A DNA stretch of 64,000 nt from Flaccisagitta enflata (taxonomy: Eukaryota): the NCBI GenBank assembly GCA_965153355.1, contig OZ231126.1, positions 30,814,001 to 30,878,000 of the forward strand, given 5' to 3'. Every line of letters begins with the position of its first letter. The stretch's first letter is position 1. The notes beneath the pieces were generated by a model that was not told the DNA's origin, did no database searches, and saw only the letters and a list, made by a program, of their open reading frames with translations. The translations under genes were made by a program, and so were the position numbers. Positions 25,927-40,691 of this stretch are shown here, in pieces.

Positions 25927-26558
25927 TATCAAAATTTAGAATGTCTGAAAAATTCCCAATTTCAATCCCCGGCTTGTTCAGGACTAGCGTATGATTCACC
26001 TGACTGCCTAACTCCCTTAGTTTCATTCACGATTTCATGTAACTTGCCCTGAAGAATTATCCCTTATAAGGTTGTACTTTTAATGAAATGTCAAAATAGC
26101 TCCATCCTCTACCCTTACCCTCTACCCTCGCTATTGTGTGCTACTGTACTCAAAAGACTTCTCTAATTACCCGCAAAACGCATTTCTTCCTCAAGGGACG
26201 GCGCGGCACGGCGTTGGGTGACGGCGACTATTCTCCTCAGATCTCGAACAAGTGTCCATTAAAACAACAACTCCTGTCTGGTCTCACGCCTGCACTATGG
26301 CTGAAATCGCAAATTTCGAGGAAAAAAAATGAAAGATTTATCATAAACTTATCTCTTATCTCTTATCTCTTACTGTGAGGAGGGGAGAAAACAATGCCGG
26401 ATACACGGCCAGGCGTTCATATTTTGAAGGAGCGAGGAGCGCCGCTCCTCGGAAATGCATAAAGCGTGTCAGAAAACCATGGAAGGGAAAGAAAAGAAAG
26501 CAAAATAGAAAGAAAGAAAAAAAGAAAGAAAGAAAGAGAGAAAGAAAGGAAGAAAGAT

Positions 26559-26629
<71 letters not shown>

Positions 26630-26777
26630 AATACAGACAGACAGACACACAGACACACTGACAGAAAGAAAGAAAGAAAGACGGATAGAAAGATGGAAAG
26701 AAGGAAAGAAAGAAAGAGAGAAAGAGAGAAAGAAAGAAAGAAAGAAAGATGGATAGAAAGATGGATAGAAAGATGGA

Positions 26778-26813
<36 letters not shown>

Positions 26814-28027
26814 AGAGAGATGAAGGGAAGAAAGGAAAGAAAGGCTTAAGGTGATGGTTGTAATCACCTTTTGCAGCCTCGGCCAAGATGCTCACTGTTT
26901 TATTGCTTTTTTGTGATTTACATTCTTAACCTTTAACTTCTTTCTTTAGTTTTCTTGTTTTTCTCCATTGCCAGCATTAACAATGGTATAATAAATGAAA
27001 AAAAAATTATCCTTGTCTGGCATAGTAGTGCTTGTAAAACAAATAGAAAGTATTTCTCTTCATTTTGCAAACTTTTTTGCCTGCGCCCAAGCAAGCATCG
27101 ATCAAAGATATATCACGCTTGTCTGCTGTCCATTGGTATTTTTGTCAAATTTTTTCAGACCAAGTAGGTCAATGATGCATCTTTTTGAGCAATGGTATTG
27201 ACAATGTTTGAGGTTTTGAATGAATAAATGAATCAATCAATGAATCAATCAATTAAAGGATCAATGAGCAAATAAACAAATATGATTGATAAATTGATGT
27301 ACCTGATAGAAAAATAAAAAAAGTTTCAGTGAATTTGCTATTATAAAAGTCAAAGCATTTGAGTTAAACTCGGATAATTGACTAACCAACTGATGTTGAA
27401 GAAATATGTGGCTCCTTGGAAGATTTTCAAAATATAAACGCCTGTACATGGCTGCCGAAGTCGCGTGCGGGTGGGCAGGGGCCATATTTGAGGTCACCAG
27501 ACCATTTGGGCAGGAGCGGTGAGGTCAAAGTAATAAAATCATAAAAAAAGGTTAAGTGTGACCAACCGACCGACTGACCGACCAACTGACCAACCGACGG
27601 ACAAAGCGGGTTGTAGAGTCGCATGCACGCAACTAAAAATGGAGTTAAATTCTGTTAGAGGCAGATAATATAAGGGGTTAAGCAAAAAAAAAAGTCCTAG
27701 AAAAAATATTTTTTGCCTTGTTATTGCAAGAAAAAGTGACAATGCCCGCATCATCCCTCATCAAAAAGATTTTTACACCATTGTGTAGAGGAGAAACAGA
27801 CAATTCTATGTATATAAGCATATGGGCATAAACTTGCCGGTTTGGCATTGAGAGCAGATGAAAAATCATTCTGGCAGCCATCACCTTCATCGACGATGTC
27901 CAGTTGAATCCCCGATCTAGTAATCAACAGAAATGGAAAAATGAGGAAGAGGAAGAGGATCAAAAATTGGCAAGCTCATGATGATGAAAAAATTAAATCT
28001 TAGTTATGATGCATGATATACACTTAC

Positions 28028-28094
28028 TTTCATTGAGAGGCGGTGGCGTCATACTAATATACTCTCCTGACTCGAAGAGGTCTGGGGATCCAAC
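28028..28094 (-). CDS. Candidate small internal exon of an unidentified gene (VGSPDLFESGEYISMTPPPLNE)
   Basis: Open frame ending at a strong GTAAGTG donor; the acceptor is weak. Confidence 0.3.
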
Positions 28095-28292
28095 CTCATT
28101 AGGAATTTTTTTTTTACAAGTGAATTTGGGTCAAAATGAAAGTTTACTGTTATGTATAACTCATGGTAAGCCTGTCAGGTTTATCTCAAATGCTACAATT
28201 TAGGGAAAATAGTAAAGCCTCCTCCCAGTCACATGGAAAAATAATTCAGAAATGAGTTTTATAGTTTCCCTTTTTTTATTTCTATACTCAAA

Positions 28293-29325
28293 CACACATC
28301 TCTGGATACCCCCCCAAAGAAAATCAAAATACCCATTTTTTCTGACTGTGTCATTTGTCTTCAGGAACATGTGGGCTACTAAAAAAAACAAAAAACAAAA
28401 AAATTCATCTGAAATTTTTTCATTTATATCACTTTTTAGGTAAAAAAAGGGTATTTTTAGCAGCTGTTTGACTGTCATTGCATACACAGAGCATAGCGAT
28501 TGGAAAACTGAGCTTGTTTAATTATGATTGACTAATTGTTCAGGGTGAAAATAGTTATACTCAGACTACTATGATACATTTCCAGGACTTTTCAGGAGTT
28601 GCTATGCTGCATGAACAAATTAAGACGTAAAAATCCTGAAAAAAAATGATATTTTGCCGTTTTTTGGTTTTTTTTATGCTCTTGTCTTTAAGATATCCTA
28701 AAAAAACTTTTTGAAAAAGGTAAAAACATGTATATTATAGCTGTTGCTATACATTTTTAGGATTTTTCAGCAGTTTTTATACGATATAAACAAATTAAGA
28801 CTTAAAAATACTGAAAAAAGCCATGTGTTGCTGTTTTTTGCTTTTTTTATACTCTTATTTTTGAGATTTCCCAAAAAAACTTTTTGATAAGGGTTAAAAC
28901 ATGTATATGTTAGCTATTGCCACACATTTCTAGGATTTTTCAGGAGCTTTTATGCTGTATTAACAAATTAGAACGTAAAAATACTAAAAAAAACGATGTT
29001 TTGCTATTTTTTTACTTTTTTAAGCTCTCATCTTTGGGATATTCCATAAAAACTTTTTGATAATGGTGAAAACATATATATTCTAGCTAGTGCCACACAT
29101 TTACGGTGTTTTTTGAGATTTTCAAAGCTGTATATACAATTTTTTGCTCAAAAAGCGCTAAAAATACCCTTTTTTTGCCTAAAAAGTGATATAAATGAAA
29201 CAATTTCAGATGAATTTTTTTGTTTTTTGTTTTTTTTAGTAGCCCACACATTCCTGAAGACAAATTACACAGTCAGAAAAAATGGGTATTTTGATTTTCT
29301 TTGGGGGGGTATCCAGAGATGTGTG
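28293..29325. mobile_element. About 1.03-kb non-autonomous element with about 170-bp TIRs and internal about 175-bp tandem units
   Basis: CACACATCTCTGGATACCCCCCCAAAG... inverted at both ends; flanks CAAA/CATA (TSD uncertain). Confidence 0.85.
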
Positions 29326-29751
29326 CATATGATCTAGAAAGGTGGAAAATTTTGTTGCTCTGCTCTGTTTAAAAAAAATGAAAAAAACAAAAAAAACAAA
29401 AAAAAAAAAAGGCCAAGTAGGCCAATAAGTGCGACGTGTGGATTGTCGAACAAATGCTTTACTAACCAACCAACCAATCAACCAACCGACCAACCAACCA
29501 ACGGACAGCCAGTTATAGAGGTGCTTTGTCGCACCTAAAAACCGCTTAACCGCAGTAAACCACCGCTTTAGCTCACAAGTCCTAAGATCCTTTTTTGAGG
29601 TAAGTGTGAGTGCTGGTGAATGGATATTACAGCATGAATATACAAACTAGCATTAAAGCAACTTTTCTAATTTAGATTAGCATCTTAAAATGTTTGAGTC
29701 TTATTTTACACTTGATTTTTGATGAAATGTTAAATAGAGAAAAAAAAGTTT

Positions 29752-29809
29752 CCCATGGGAATCAAACCCCTATCTTTGAATAGCAGTCCTTTATCTTACC
29801 ACTGAACCA
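29752..29809 (-). pseudogene. Degenerate tRNA-like (SINE head or tRNA remnant) sequence
   Basis: Minus strand TGGTTCAGTGG (A box) ... GGTTTGATTCCC (B box with C>T); the cloverleaf cannot be completed. Confidence 0.4.
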
Positions 29810-30616
29810 AATCAAGATTATTTGACAAGGGAGTTTTTGATTATCATATTCTAAAGAAATAGCAGAAGCTTTTCCAAAGTCGTTCTAATGTTTTTCATTG
29901 CAACCTCTTGCAAGCATTGCAATTTGATTTGAGTGCCCCCTTTTGCCATAAACATGCATAATTAAAATTCAGAAAAAAGGTGAATTCCTCAGATCTTCAG
30001 CAATCAGCCACAGTGGCCTGGTGTCCCTCAAGCCACGTCTAAGAAATCAGAATTCAGAAATCACTTTTTCAGCCGATTTCGCGACATCCAAAATTTCGCG
30101 ATACCAACCTTAGGTTGGCAACTTATATACCAACAGACATACATACAAACATACCTACCTACCTTCCCACCTAGGGACACACCCTCTCGTAAGGCAGAAC
30201 AGCCAATTGTTTTATTCAACTAGTTGGAAAAATATTGACCTCACAAGGATTTTCTTGCTTGATCCAAAAAGATTCAATAACACTTACGTCCACCGATCCG
30301 GTTGCACTTTTTACTTGCATAGTATGATTTTAAAAATTAATTAACCTTTTAGTTTTTCTTCCCCTGAAAAAAGTTAATGCATTATTAATCATCCCAGGAA
30401 TCGGGTTTTTTAATCGAAATGTGTAGAGTCGCTTAGCCAGCGACTGAAAACTTGTTTGTCAAAAATCAGTTTCAAGTAAATTGGATAATCAGTAGTAAGG
30501 TCAAGCCAAAACTGCTTTTTTAGCTCAAAAAAAGAAGTCTTAGTGTGATTCAGGAATGAATGAAAAAAGCAAGAATGCTGGTTTTGGTCTTCATGTGGAA
30601 AATATGAAAAAATTGG

Positions 30617-30793
<177 letters not shown>

Positions 30794-30824
30794 AAGACAG
30801 ACAGACAGAGAGAGAAAGACAGAT

Positions 30825-30942
<118 letters not shown>

Positions 30943-31165
30943 TGAGGGAAAATGTGTTGCTTCTTAATAAGATTTAGTGGCGAAGCAAAGACGATGAAAG
31001 AAAAGGCGAATAGAAAGCGCAAAAAATCATAATGCTTTTTCCCTTGTCGGGATTTATAAAACTCAGATTTATGCACTGGATTTTTCTTCTCAAAGCCGGA
31101 TTAAATGAACTTGCCGGTTAGCCATGTTGGCCTTTAGGAGCTCATGACCTATTCATTCACACATA

Positions 31166-31353
31166 CAGTTGAAACCCAAAATAACGGATGTGAAGGGACC
31201 AGCAAATTGTATCGGTTATATAGATCGGTTATATAGATTTCTATCATTGCTAATATAGAAAATTTTACGAAAAATTGTGAAAGAACTAAAATTTAGTTTC
31301 CATTTAAGGCAGATTTCTATTACTCTTGGATCCGTTATTGAGGGGTGTAACTG
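31166..31353. mobile_element. 188-bp pogo/Tigger-like MITE
   Basis: TA|CAGTTGAAACCCAAAATAACGGAT...ATCCGTTATTGAGGGGTGTAACTG|TA. Confidence 0.75.
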
Positions 31354-31889
31354 TATTTATTTGAATTGTTCCACCTGACTCCTCAATTTGGCCATCCCTT
31401 AAAGTTAGAAACCCAACCTTAAGAGTTTACTCCCAAAACTGAGCCTTGAGGCCCGAATCTCAGCCTGAGGATCAAATATAAGTCACATGACTTTAATGTC
31501 AACCTCGCCGGTCTTGTTTCGCGGTCTTAACGTGTTTTCGCGGGAATTAAGCGTCATCGTCGTCTATCAAATCACGAAATTTATTGAATTATAAAATGAA
31601 TCATCCGTACAAAAGAAATCCTAGGCCTGTGTCGTCATACGCATTTTTAGTCGCGGACACGCGACTCTACACCTTGCTCTGTCGGTAGGTCGGTCCGTAA
31701 CAATTTTTCTTCAATTCCGAGCAGTTTTCGCATTATTGTTCCTGCCCAACCGTCCGCGACTGGATTGCCGCGTATCCGGCCTTGTTTCCTCAGTCCGTGA
31801 TCGGTTAAGTCTGACGTCCCGCTTATCGTTGCTTAGTTGTGTGATTTGTGAGTGTGAGTCTTGGAGTACAATACTGGCATACAACTTAC

Positions 31890-32051
31890 TAGGCATTTTT
31901 CAAAACGGAACTTTGGTGAATTCCATTGTTGGCTCGTGGTCAGAGATAATCTGTTGTTGTCTAAGATAAAACTGTTTTCTCTTCCTCTCTTTGCTCTCGG
32001 CGTTATCTTCATTCTAGCAGTTGTGTCTAAATTGGGCTCGTCCGATAAAAA
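31890..32051 (-). CDS. Candidate 162-nt internal exon of an unidentified gene
   Basis: TTTCATGTAG|FLSDEPNLDTTARMKITPRAKRGRENSFILDNNRLSLTTSQQWNSPKFRFEKCL|GTAAGT; fully open, phase 0-0. Confidence 0.5.
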
Positions 32052-32198
32052 CTACATGAAACAACATCCACAGCATTTAGTTGGACACGTCCTGTATAAC
32101 AAGTCCTCTTTCTAAAAAGGTCGGATAAATAATTTCACACAGGAGATCGAAGTTTCCCGTCTTCAAATTATTTTTTCGACATTGCGAACACTCAACAA

Positions 32199-32243
<45 letters not shown>

Positions 32244-32305
32244 TGCCACTACGACATCCATTATCAATGATAGGAATGCTACTACGACATCCATTATCAA
32301 TGATA

Positions 32306-33072
32306 CAGGGTGTACCAACTCAGTTGTAACATAAAGAATCGATGTATCTCTGCTTCTAAAAAAGATATTATAATTCTGAAAAAAGTTCAAAAGAGCTTTT
32401 GAAAACCGATTTTTGTTTGATAGGAGAAAAATAATGGGAAGGTATAAACTGCAGTGGAAAAAAGGCTTGGAAGTATATGCCCTTTTGCAATGATTTTACT
32501 ATTTTCTATTGATTTCCGCTATCAATTTCTCTTTGTTGGACTTTTATTTCTAAAATTTTTGACATAACATGTCATCTTTGACTAAAAGAAAACATGATTT
32601 ATGTAAAAAAAGAGAATTCACAGAAAAACTCATATTTTTTCCGTAGAATACTGTGATTTTTGCCAAAATCATGCTTATGAGATTCGAGGTTTTTTTAAAA
32701 ACATGGTTTTGAAGGAAAGAAATGCAAAAACTGTATTATCTTAAAGATGTTTGTTATCAGGGCTAAAAACTATAGCTAAAAATCTTTGATTTGAGACCAA
32801 TCTGAGGTCTGTAGCTCAATTTGTTTAGAAATGAGAGCCTTTTGAAGAAACAGTATCCATGGGCAAAGACAGCCAAATTTATATTATGAGAAATTGCTGC
32901 TTCACTTTAGGTTGTGAATGTGTAAAATTTTTTACAGGATTGATCTATTTCCTTGGCATGTGTAAAAATCGTTTTTTAAGAGCGTTTTGGAACTTTTTTC
33001 AGAATAAGATTATCTTCTCTAGAAGCTGAGATACATCGATTCTTTATGTTACAACTGAGTTGGTACACCCTG
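32306..33072. mobile_element. 767-bp Tc1/mariner-type MITE
   Basis: TA|CAGGGTGTACCAACTCAGTTGTAACATAAAGAATCGATGTATCTC...inverted|TA; inserted in a short tandem repeat. Confidence 0.92.
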
Positions 33073-33171
33073 TAGAAATGCTACTACGACAAGAAAGAGC
33101 TGCTGGCCTTCAGTTTTAACGACCGTTGAACTCAGATACAGTCGTAAAATCGTTTTGCCCCCAGCTTCTGC

Positions 33172-36100
33172 TAAGGGAGTACGAGATTTCCCAAAAATGA
33201 GCCGACCTCAAAAAATGGCCTCAGATACTCAATAAACCTATGAGTGGGACCCTACTTAGTGGCAAATCACCAATCAGAACTCAGTAGGTGAAAAAAAACC
33301 CCGCGGATGGGCTCAAAAACCAAATCGCGACTAATTTTTAGGTGATTTTTTGCATTAAGTAAGATTTTAAAAGTTTTTTTGTTCATTCTAAGTTTAAATT
33401 CATAAAAAAAGTTAAGCAGTAACCAGGCAGGATCAATATTTCTCAAAAACATGAATCTAATATGTGTTTTGGATGTATCTGTATCATTTCTCTTAAAAAA
33501 AAAACCCATTTCGTTGATTTAAACTAGCTCAGTAGCTTCTTTTCAGTTACACTCTCTCCCCCCTCATGATGGGCCAACAACCCAGACCACATCATTTAGC
33601 TCTTTGCACAATTTTTCAAAATCTGTATAAACAGATGATAGAACCAGATCCAGGACTATGGTTTCACTCAATCGAAAGGCATGCTCTTCCTGCCCTTGTT
33701 GATGGATTTATCAGAGAGTACAAGAAAAAATGGTTGGAGTCATTTCGCAAGCACCTTCAGCGATATGACCTGAGTATAAAGACTACTGTGAAAAGAAAGC
33801 AGCAGGCACTCTTGGTAAGACACACTTGAAGCCATTTTCAGAAATATTCACGGAGGACGAACTTCAAAAAATTCCCGTGGACTATCGATGCTTACAGTTA
33901 ATCAAATCATTAATCATCGACCCTCAATCAAAATTTCATAATAATCACCATTAACAATTAATTTTTGTACCATGCAAACGATACAAGAATCTCGTAGTTC
34001 ACTTCCTCAAAAAAGGAAATTTGCTAAAAAGTCATGAAATGCACAAACTCGATATAAAAGAAAATGAGAGTTTAATACTCTGATTAAAAAAAACTTTTCA
34101 TGATTTTGCCTTTTTGTTTTCTTGAGAAAAAAATTTCGCCTTTCCAAAACAGTAATTCTCTGTATACAAATTTACTAATTTGATCCCTGTCAAACACAAT
34201 TTATTCATTGATAAAACCTGCAAACCTACACACTCAAAAATGAACACCTAAAACAATCTTTTACACTTTCATACACAAAGTGACATACACGCATACACAC
34301 CCACACACAAGCACCCAACACACACCCACACACTCGCATTGGCAATAACAGATAAAGCACAAACACATGTAGTCATTGATAACCAGACACAAAGCAGGCA
34401 TGGATGATTGTAGACAAATGAATGGAAATCTTTATTTTTTCATTCTTTTTTTCTTTTATTCTTTTTTTTTCCTTTTTTTTTTTTTTAATTTGGTAAATTC
34501 GCATCATCTTATGATGAGGTGATAGCAAAACAAAGACTTGATAATTGATATGGAAGAACAGTTAACGGTTAATCCTATTTAACTATTTCGATGATTAATG
34601 ATTATATTAATGGTGAATTAACCGTTAATCATTAACGGTTAAGCATCTATACCGTGGACAACAAAGCAGGAAAAAACTACTTTGGGCATTTCTCACAACA
34701 GCTCAAAGCTAAAGGAGGTTCAGCATTTCAGGCTATAAGTGACACACTGGTACTCAAATCAAGTGCAGATATAGCATTTGGAAAGGGAGCTGAAAGCATG
34801 CTCAAAGACAAAGTGTTGAAATCCAGGCAAAAGGATGTTGCAGAAATTGAAGCAGACTACTCCAGGGCCCAGAAGGATTTGATGAGGTCCAAACTTGCTC
34901 TCACTGACCCAGAAGCAGATAAGCTGGCCAGAGAGCAGTCAAAAACCAAAGCAATGGCTTTGTGCTGAGATAATGGCAAGAAACATAAGTATATGCCCCA
35001 TTGACATCTCAAGATGAAGTTCACATATGCTACAACCAAATCAAGATGTTGATGGAGCAAGATAAGCTGGCCATTTTGCGCAGAGAAATCAAATTGAAAA
35101 AAATCATGTTTTCTGAGTTGCCCAGTGACTTTGTTTACTTCAAGCAATACAACATCAGTTCCAAACAAATGTATGAAAATTTGCTTGCATTACATTCTGT
35201 TGACCAATTCAATCAAGAAGTTATTACAGTTGAAGATGTCTATGAAGCAACTGACTTGCTTGATTCTCCTGCTGCCCAGTCTCAAACTAAGAGAAAAAAA
35301 TCTGCAGCACCCACTTCAGCAGAATCTGAACTGAATTTCCAATGGCCTCTTGAGGAGGAGGAGTTTGTTATTACTTTGGAAGAAGATGGTTGGAACTTTG
35401 GGTCAGTCCAATCTTACAACCAGGAGCAAGATACCATTTGTGTTCAAGCCCTCACCACTCTGAAAACTCGTGCAAAAGATGATGTGGGAAAAACATACAG
35501 GATCTACCCAACTGAAGAAGAAGTAGATCACTTTGAAAAGAAGCATGTGCTTGAAATCAGGCCTTCTGTTACATTGGCCAAAAATATTAAGAGAAAAGAT
35601 TTGGTCTTCTCAACAGAGAGGTCATTGAGACTCTTTGGGGACAACTCATCAACCAAGATGTACCGGAGTAGTAGCACAATGGGGACAATTCTTTTTTAAA
35701 ATTTCATGCATGATCTGATTTTTTATTCAACTTTCCCTCTTACGCTCATTTTATGAATTTGTTGGTTGTATCGCCATTCCTTAGAACTTTTTCTTGTTTG
35801 ACTAAAATTGAGTTAGTAGATTGATATCATTTCATCATAATTACTTTCTGAACTTAAGATTTGCTAGGTTATTACAATATGATGCTTAGGAGCTAGTTAA
35901 AAAGCTAGATAACATCATTTCAGTAAAAATTACCAATTTTTACCTATTTTTCTTGAATTCTTACCATTTTTCACCCAACCATAGCTAAAATATCAAGTTA
36001 TTTTCATTCAATAGGAACAATTACACTTCTAAGACATGTCATGAACAATATTAGTATGACTAGGGGGACAAAATGTGAAAAGTTTCAGCAACTTAAAAAA

Positions 36101-36275
36101 AAACGCTCAAAAATCGACTAAAATATTGCGAAAATCAGTTTTTGGGGCCATCCGCGGGGTTTTTTTTGAGCGACAGCTCCAAAATTGGTGGAATACCTCA
36201 TATTTTGGGCCCACTGACATGAAAATTGAGTATCTGAGACAATATTTTAACTCACCTATCACTCGTACTCCCTTA
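33172..36275 (+). mobile_element. 3.1-kb internally deleted DNA transposon, copy A (hATw-like)
   Basis: TIR TAAGGGAGTACGAG / CTCGTACTCCCTTA; 7-bp TSD CTTCTGC (33165-33171, 36276-36282); broken transposase ORFs 33566-33882 and 34654-35699. Confidence 0.95.
33883..34651. mobile_element. 769-bp hAT-like MITE nested in copy A
   Basis: 8-bp TSD CCGTGGAC (33875-33882, 34652-34659); ends TATCGATGCTTA / TAAGCATCTATA; splits the IPVD|NK codons. Confidence 0.92.
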
Positions 36276-37044
36276 CTTCTGCATTCTGCCTCGGTCTAAG
36301 ATTGGGAGTGACTCGGGTTTTCAATCACCACCGATTTTCGACGGTTTTCCGTTTCCCCCACCGTTTTTCCGTTTTTATCAGTGATTCTTGGTTGTGGACA
36401 CGCACTTTTATAAGAGCTATTGTCAGTCTGTTGGTGATGCTCGTGTCAAAAATGTGAAAATTTGCATTAATGATGATACAGTTGTGAATATTAGTGTGTG
36501 TGAGTAAGCATGGTGTGGGAGAGGGTATAAATGGGGGTTGCATGCCCCTGCCCATCCATCAACAATAATATTGTGACCCCCGCATCACTTGTTATAGTGC
36601 AGCATCCCCCATCAATTGCTAGCTGAAACTTATCAACGAAGTGTATGTTAATTTGTTATGCACAATCCTTTAGCCTGTTCCCACACACTCTGACGCCATG
36701 GTCTAAAGATGAGAAAAAAAATGTTCATAATTTTTTTAGTGTATACACTGTATGTCTCTTGAACTGTTTCTTGATGTCAGTTAATCTGTCTCTCTCTCCC
36801 TCTCCCCCCCCCCCCTCTCTCTCTCTCTTCTTTATTTTCTTCTTTTTCTTTTCTTTCTCTTTTTCTTTTTCCTCTTCAGTCTTTTTTTTTTTACCTTTTT
36901 TTCACATTGAAAATAACGGAATTGATAGAATGGAAGTGCGCTACAAATAGAGACAGTAGAAATGATAAAAATGAATAAGAAGTACGCATGCATCACAAAC
37001 TTTGAACAGTGTTGGCAGTACTCCAGATACACGACTTATAAGTA

Positions 37045-37441
37045 CAGAAGGAACCATTATAAGAGGTGTGGAGGGACCAAAATTGAAGTGCCCCCCTTAC
37101 AGCTCACACTAACGCTTATCTCCTTTTATTTTGGGTAGTGGTTTATATCTTAGACGATTACAAATTCTTTCACCAAGGTGATTTTTGAAATTCCATAAAA
37201 ATCCTTTCCAAAACTTTGATTTTCCCCATTTCAAGAGCTTTTCAAAAAAAAGACTAAATTTTAGTATAAAAAGGTCAATTATGGAAATTCTAGAGGAATT
37301 CTCAATAAAAGCCTGGTTGAAAAAATTGTCTTCAGCTAAACTAGACAAGACTAGCTAAACTTTAGCCAGACTAGAGGAAAAGAAGCAATAGCGTGGGCTT
37401 TGAGGGGGGGTGCTCCACAACTCTCATAATGGTTCCTTCTG
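37045..37441. mobile_element. 397-bp TA-TSD MITE
   Basis: TA|CAGAAGGAACCATTATAAGAG...CTCTCATAATGGTTCCTTCTG|TA. Confidence 0.85.
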
Positions 37442-38735
37442 TAGTCGCTTGCAGGTAGGCAGGGGCAGTAATGAAGATGGGCAGGAGTGGAAAGGGGCTG
37501 CATTGTGGCATGGCAGGGGTAGTAATTCTAAAAATTGCTTTTTTGGTCAATTTTGTATCACCTAAATCTTAGAGTTCTATTCAGACAGATCTTCCAAGGG
37601 ACAAACCCTCCTAAAGAGTCGCTGAGTGATACTGAGAGGTACTGTTTCATGTTATTATAGTAACCACTGAATCAGGGATTTATGTGGGATTTTTTTGGTG
37701 AAAATTGTAAGTATTGTCCCAGCATATGCGCATTTCCCTCTGCATGACGGCGAAAAAATGCAATGAAAAGAGCAGCTTAGGGGATGGATGGGAAAAACTG
37801 AGAAAAACCAAAAATCCAAATCACCAAATCGGTGAAAATTGGCAATCACTCCACCTTTTTATCGGCGGTGAATCACCGATCCCCCAACCTTACCTCGGTC
37901 CCGTCAGAAATTCTTGGTCATGTTTCTTGGCGAGGGAATTTAATGAGAAATTCCTAATGCAGCCGTGTTGGCTATCAGTTTCAATATTTTGACTACGAGT
38001 GCCAATGCAATGGCTGGCTACCAGGTGTCCAGCGCGGGGTTTCTGATGTCAGCACTGGTTATCAGGTGCCATGGCCCATGGGCTGGCTGACATGTGTTGG
38101 ATATTATGTGTAATGCGTTTGTGATTAGGTGTTTTGCGTTAGTTTTTAGGTGTTTCGCGTTTTTAAACAGGTGTCATGTGTTGGCTATCAGCCTTATCAG
38201 GTGTTGTAAATAGGTTGTCCGGCGTCATTTGTTGGTCATCTGAAGTAACGGATCTGTACCTGTTTGGCAGCGGCTAGTCCATAAATTGCATCCGTTCTAT
38301 CAAATGATAAATGATGTTTGTCAGTGGTCCAGTGACACCTACTCGATTCTGCAACCTTCGTTGTATGCCCAAAAACATAACAAGTGACGCGGGGTCACAA
38401 CATCGCTGCGGACGGGTGGGCAGGGGCATCCAGCCCCCATCCACACACCCCAACCCCCATCCCACACGCACAAACATACACAAAATGTATCTAAAACGCT
38501 TGTTTTTCTACTTTTCAACTCGATGACCATGGACCGACAGACAAACGAATGGATGGACCAATGGACAGACCGACAAAGCCTCTTATAGAGTTGCGTATCC
38601 GCAATTTAAATGACGGAAACCGGTACATCGACATTTCATATTGATCACAGCTAATAGTAAAAAGCCCGTCGAAGTCGACACGAATTTAGGTTGTGAATTT
38701 GTTAGTTGAGATCACCATCACGGCACGCCACGGGG

Positions 38736-39319
38736 GAGGCTTTCATAGGTCAAGAAAAATTCTCTGTTATAATGGCGAGTGGTTTGGGCCTCAGGAAGGT
38801 TCACTTTATCACTTCATACTAAAACAAGAAATTTTTTGCTTCAAAATTTTTTTAGAATGCGGTAAAAAGATGTAAAATTTGCATTATTGACAGTTTTTTT
38901 TTGTCCAAAACCGTGGCTATGGTAAAAAAATGGGCAAACAATGATTATCTGGCACTAAGACACATTCATGCATAAATACTAGCCAACCTGTTATCATTTA
39001 GTATCATTTTATGCCATTAAATACTATTTTTACGGCTTTTTGCAGCATTTTACGGTATATAATGATACTACATGATGACGGGTTGGCCTCTATTGATGCA
39101 TGATTATGTCTTTATGCCGGATAATCATTTTTGCCCATTTTTTAACCATAGCGGCAATTTTGGACAAAAAAAACTGTCAAAACGCCAATTTTACGGCTTT
39201 TTACGGCATTTGAAGCAAAAAAAATTTCTATTTCGTTATGAAATGATAAAGTAAACCTTCCTGAGGCCCAAACCACTCGCCATTATGACCGAGAATTTTT
39301 CTTGACCTATGAAAGCCTG
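38736..39319. mobile_element. About 584-bp almost fully palindromic MITE
   Basis: AGGCTTTCATAGGTCAAGAAAAATTCTC...GAGAATTTTTCTTGACCTATGAAAGCCT; TSD not clear. Confidence 0.85.
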
Positions 39320-39823
39320 ACGGATGAATCGGGGCTAACTAACGGCAAAGCGCGGACAAACGACATTTAAATCACTTTTGATGTTTATCATTTCTGTGCT
39401 AATATAAAGACATTCAATTACAACGTGCAAAGGGTGACAACAATCACTTTTTGGAATAGAAATATCATAAATCATCGCCAACGCGTACATTTATTATATA
39501 GATCATACTGTGATCATAACAACTTCCAGAAATGTCCGGAATGTCATCCTCGTAAATATTCCCGGTTATCTGCGTTACCGTTATCTAATCATTATTCCGG
39601 TTATCTTCGCAACCGTTACCTAATCATTATTATTGTTGTCATCATCATCATTGTACAATAAATCATGATCACCAGAATCCAAAACAAATTTTTTGTTCCA
39701 TCACCATCACCATCACCATCACCATCACCATCCTTGTAATCATCAACGCCGTCATCAGCACCACTACATCACCATCAGCAATCAGCGTTTTTTTCATCAT
39801 CACCATCATCCCTATCATCAGCA

Positions 39824-39919
<96 letters not shown>

Positions 39920-39987
39920 AATCTACCATCAACGCCATCAACGTCATCATTATCATCATTACATCTCAATCAGCACTTAATTTTTTT

Positions 39988-40033
<46 letters not shown>

Positions 40034-40360
40034 ATATTCTAATCACACTAAGCGTCGTCATCACATTAGATCCCGGGATATGAACCCTTCACGGGGAAAA
40101 TATCGGAGGTGAGGAGGATGATGATGATAATGTCGAGGAGGATGAGATGATGATGAGGAGGCGGAGGTTGTCGAGGTGAAGGAGGGAAAAGGCAGCTGAA
40201 ATTGAGAGGCCCGGCTTGCTCATCTCTCACACATTCATTCTTTTCGACAAAACTCTAAAATTCTTGTATCTTTGGTATAAATTCTCTTTCTGTCGTCCTT
40301 TCTTTCTTTTTTATCTACCTTTTCATTTTATCTGTTTTTCTGTCGGCTTCTCTAATTATT

Positions 40361-40393
<33 letters not shown>

Positions 40394-40401
40394 TTCTCTT
40401 T

Positions 40402-40521
<120 letters not shown>

Positions 40522-40643
40522 GTCAGTCCTCGCTCTTTTTTCCCCTTTCTTCTGCCAACTTGTCTGTGTGTGTGTCCTGCGTGTTTTTCTGTATGTTCAT
40601 CTGACAGACTATCTGTATCTCTTTGTCTGTTTGTCTGTCTGTC

Positions 40644-40691
<48 letters not shown>

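Noticed and set aside
26170-26300. Coding-like frame with in-frame TAG/TAA, hinting at stop-codon reassignment
   Set aside because: RPS25 ends normally at TAA and no conserved exon has internal stops; no support for an alternative code.
26356-26895. Long FLS/ERK-repeat ORFs (also 20481-22293, 30550-31076, 40216-40776, 56817-57364)
   Set aside because: Microsatellite (GA, GAAA, GACA, TTTTCAC) translations.
29752-29809. Functional tRNA gene
   Set aside because: B box mutated and acceptor/anticodon stems do not pair; kept only as a remnant.
39669-39980. His/Val/Asn-rich ORFs
   Set aside because: (CAT/CAC)n and (GTT)n repeats, probably UTR or intergenic.
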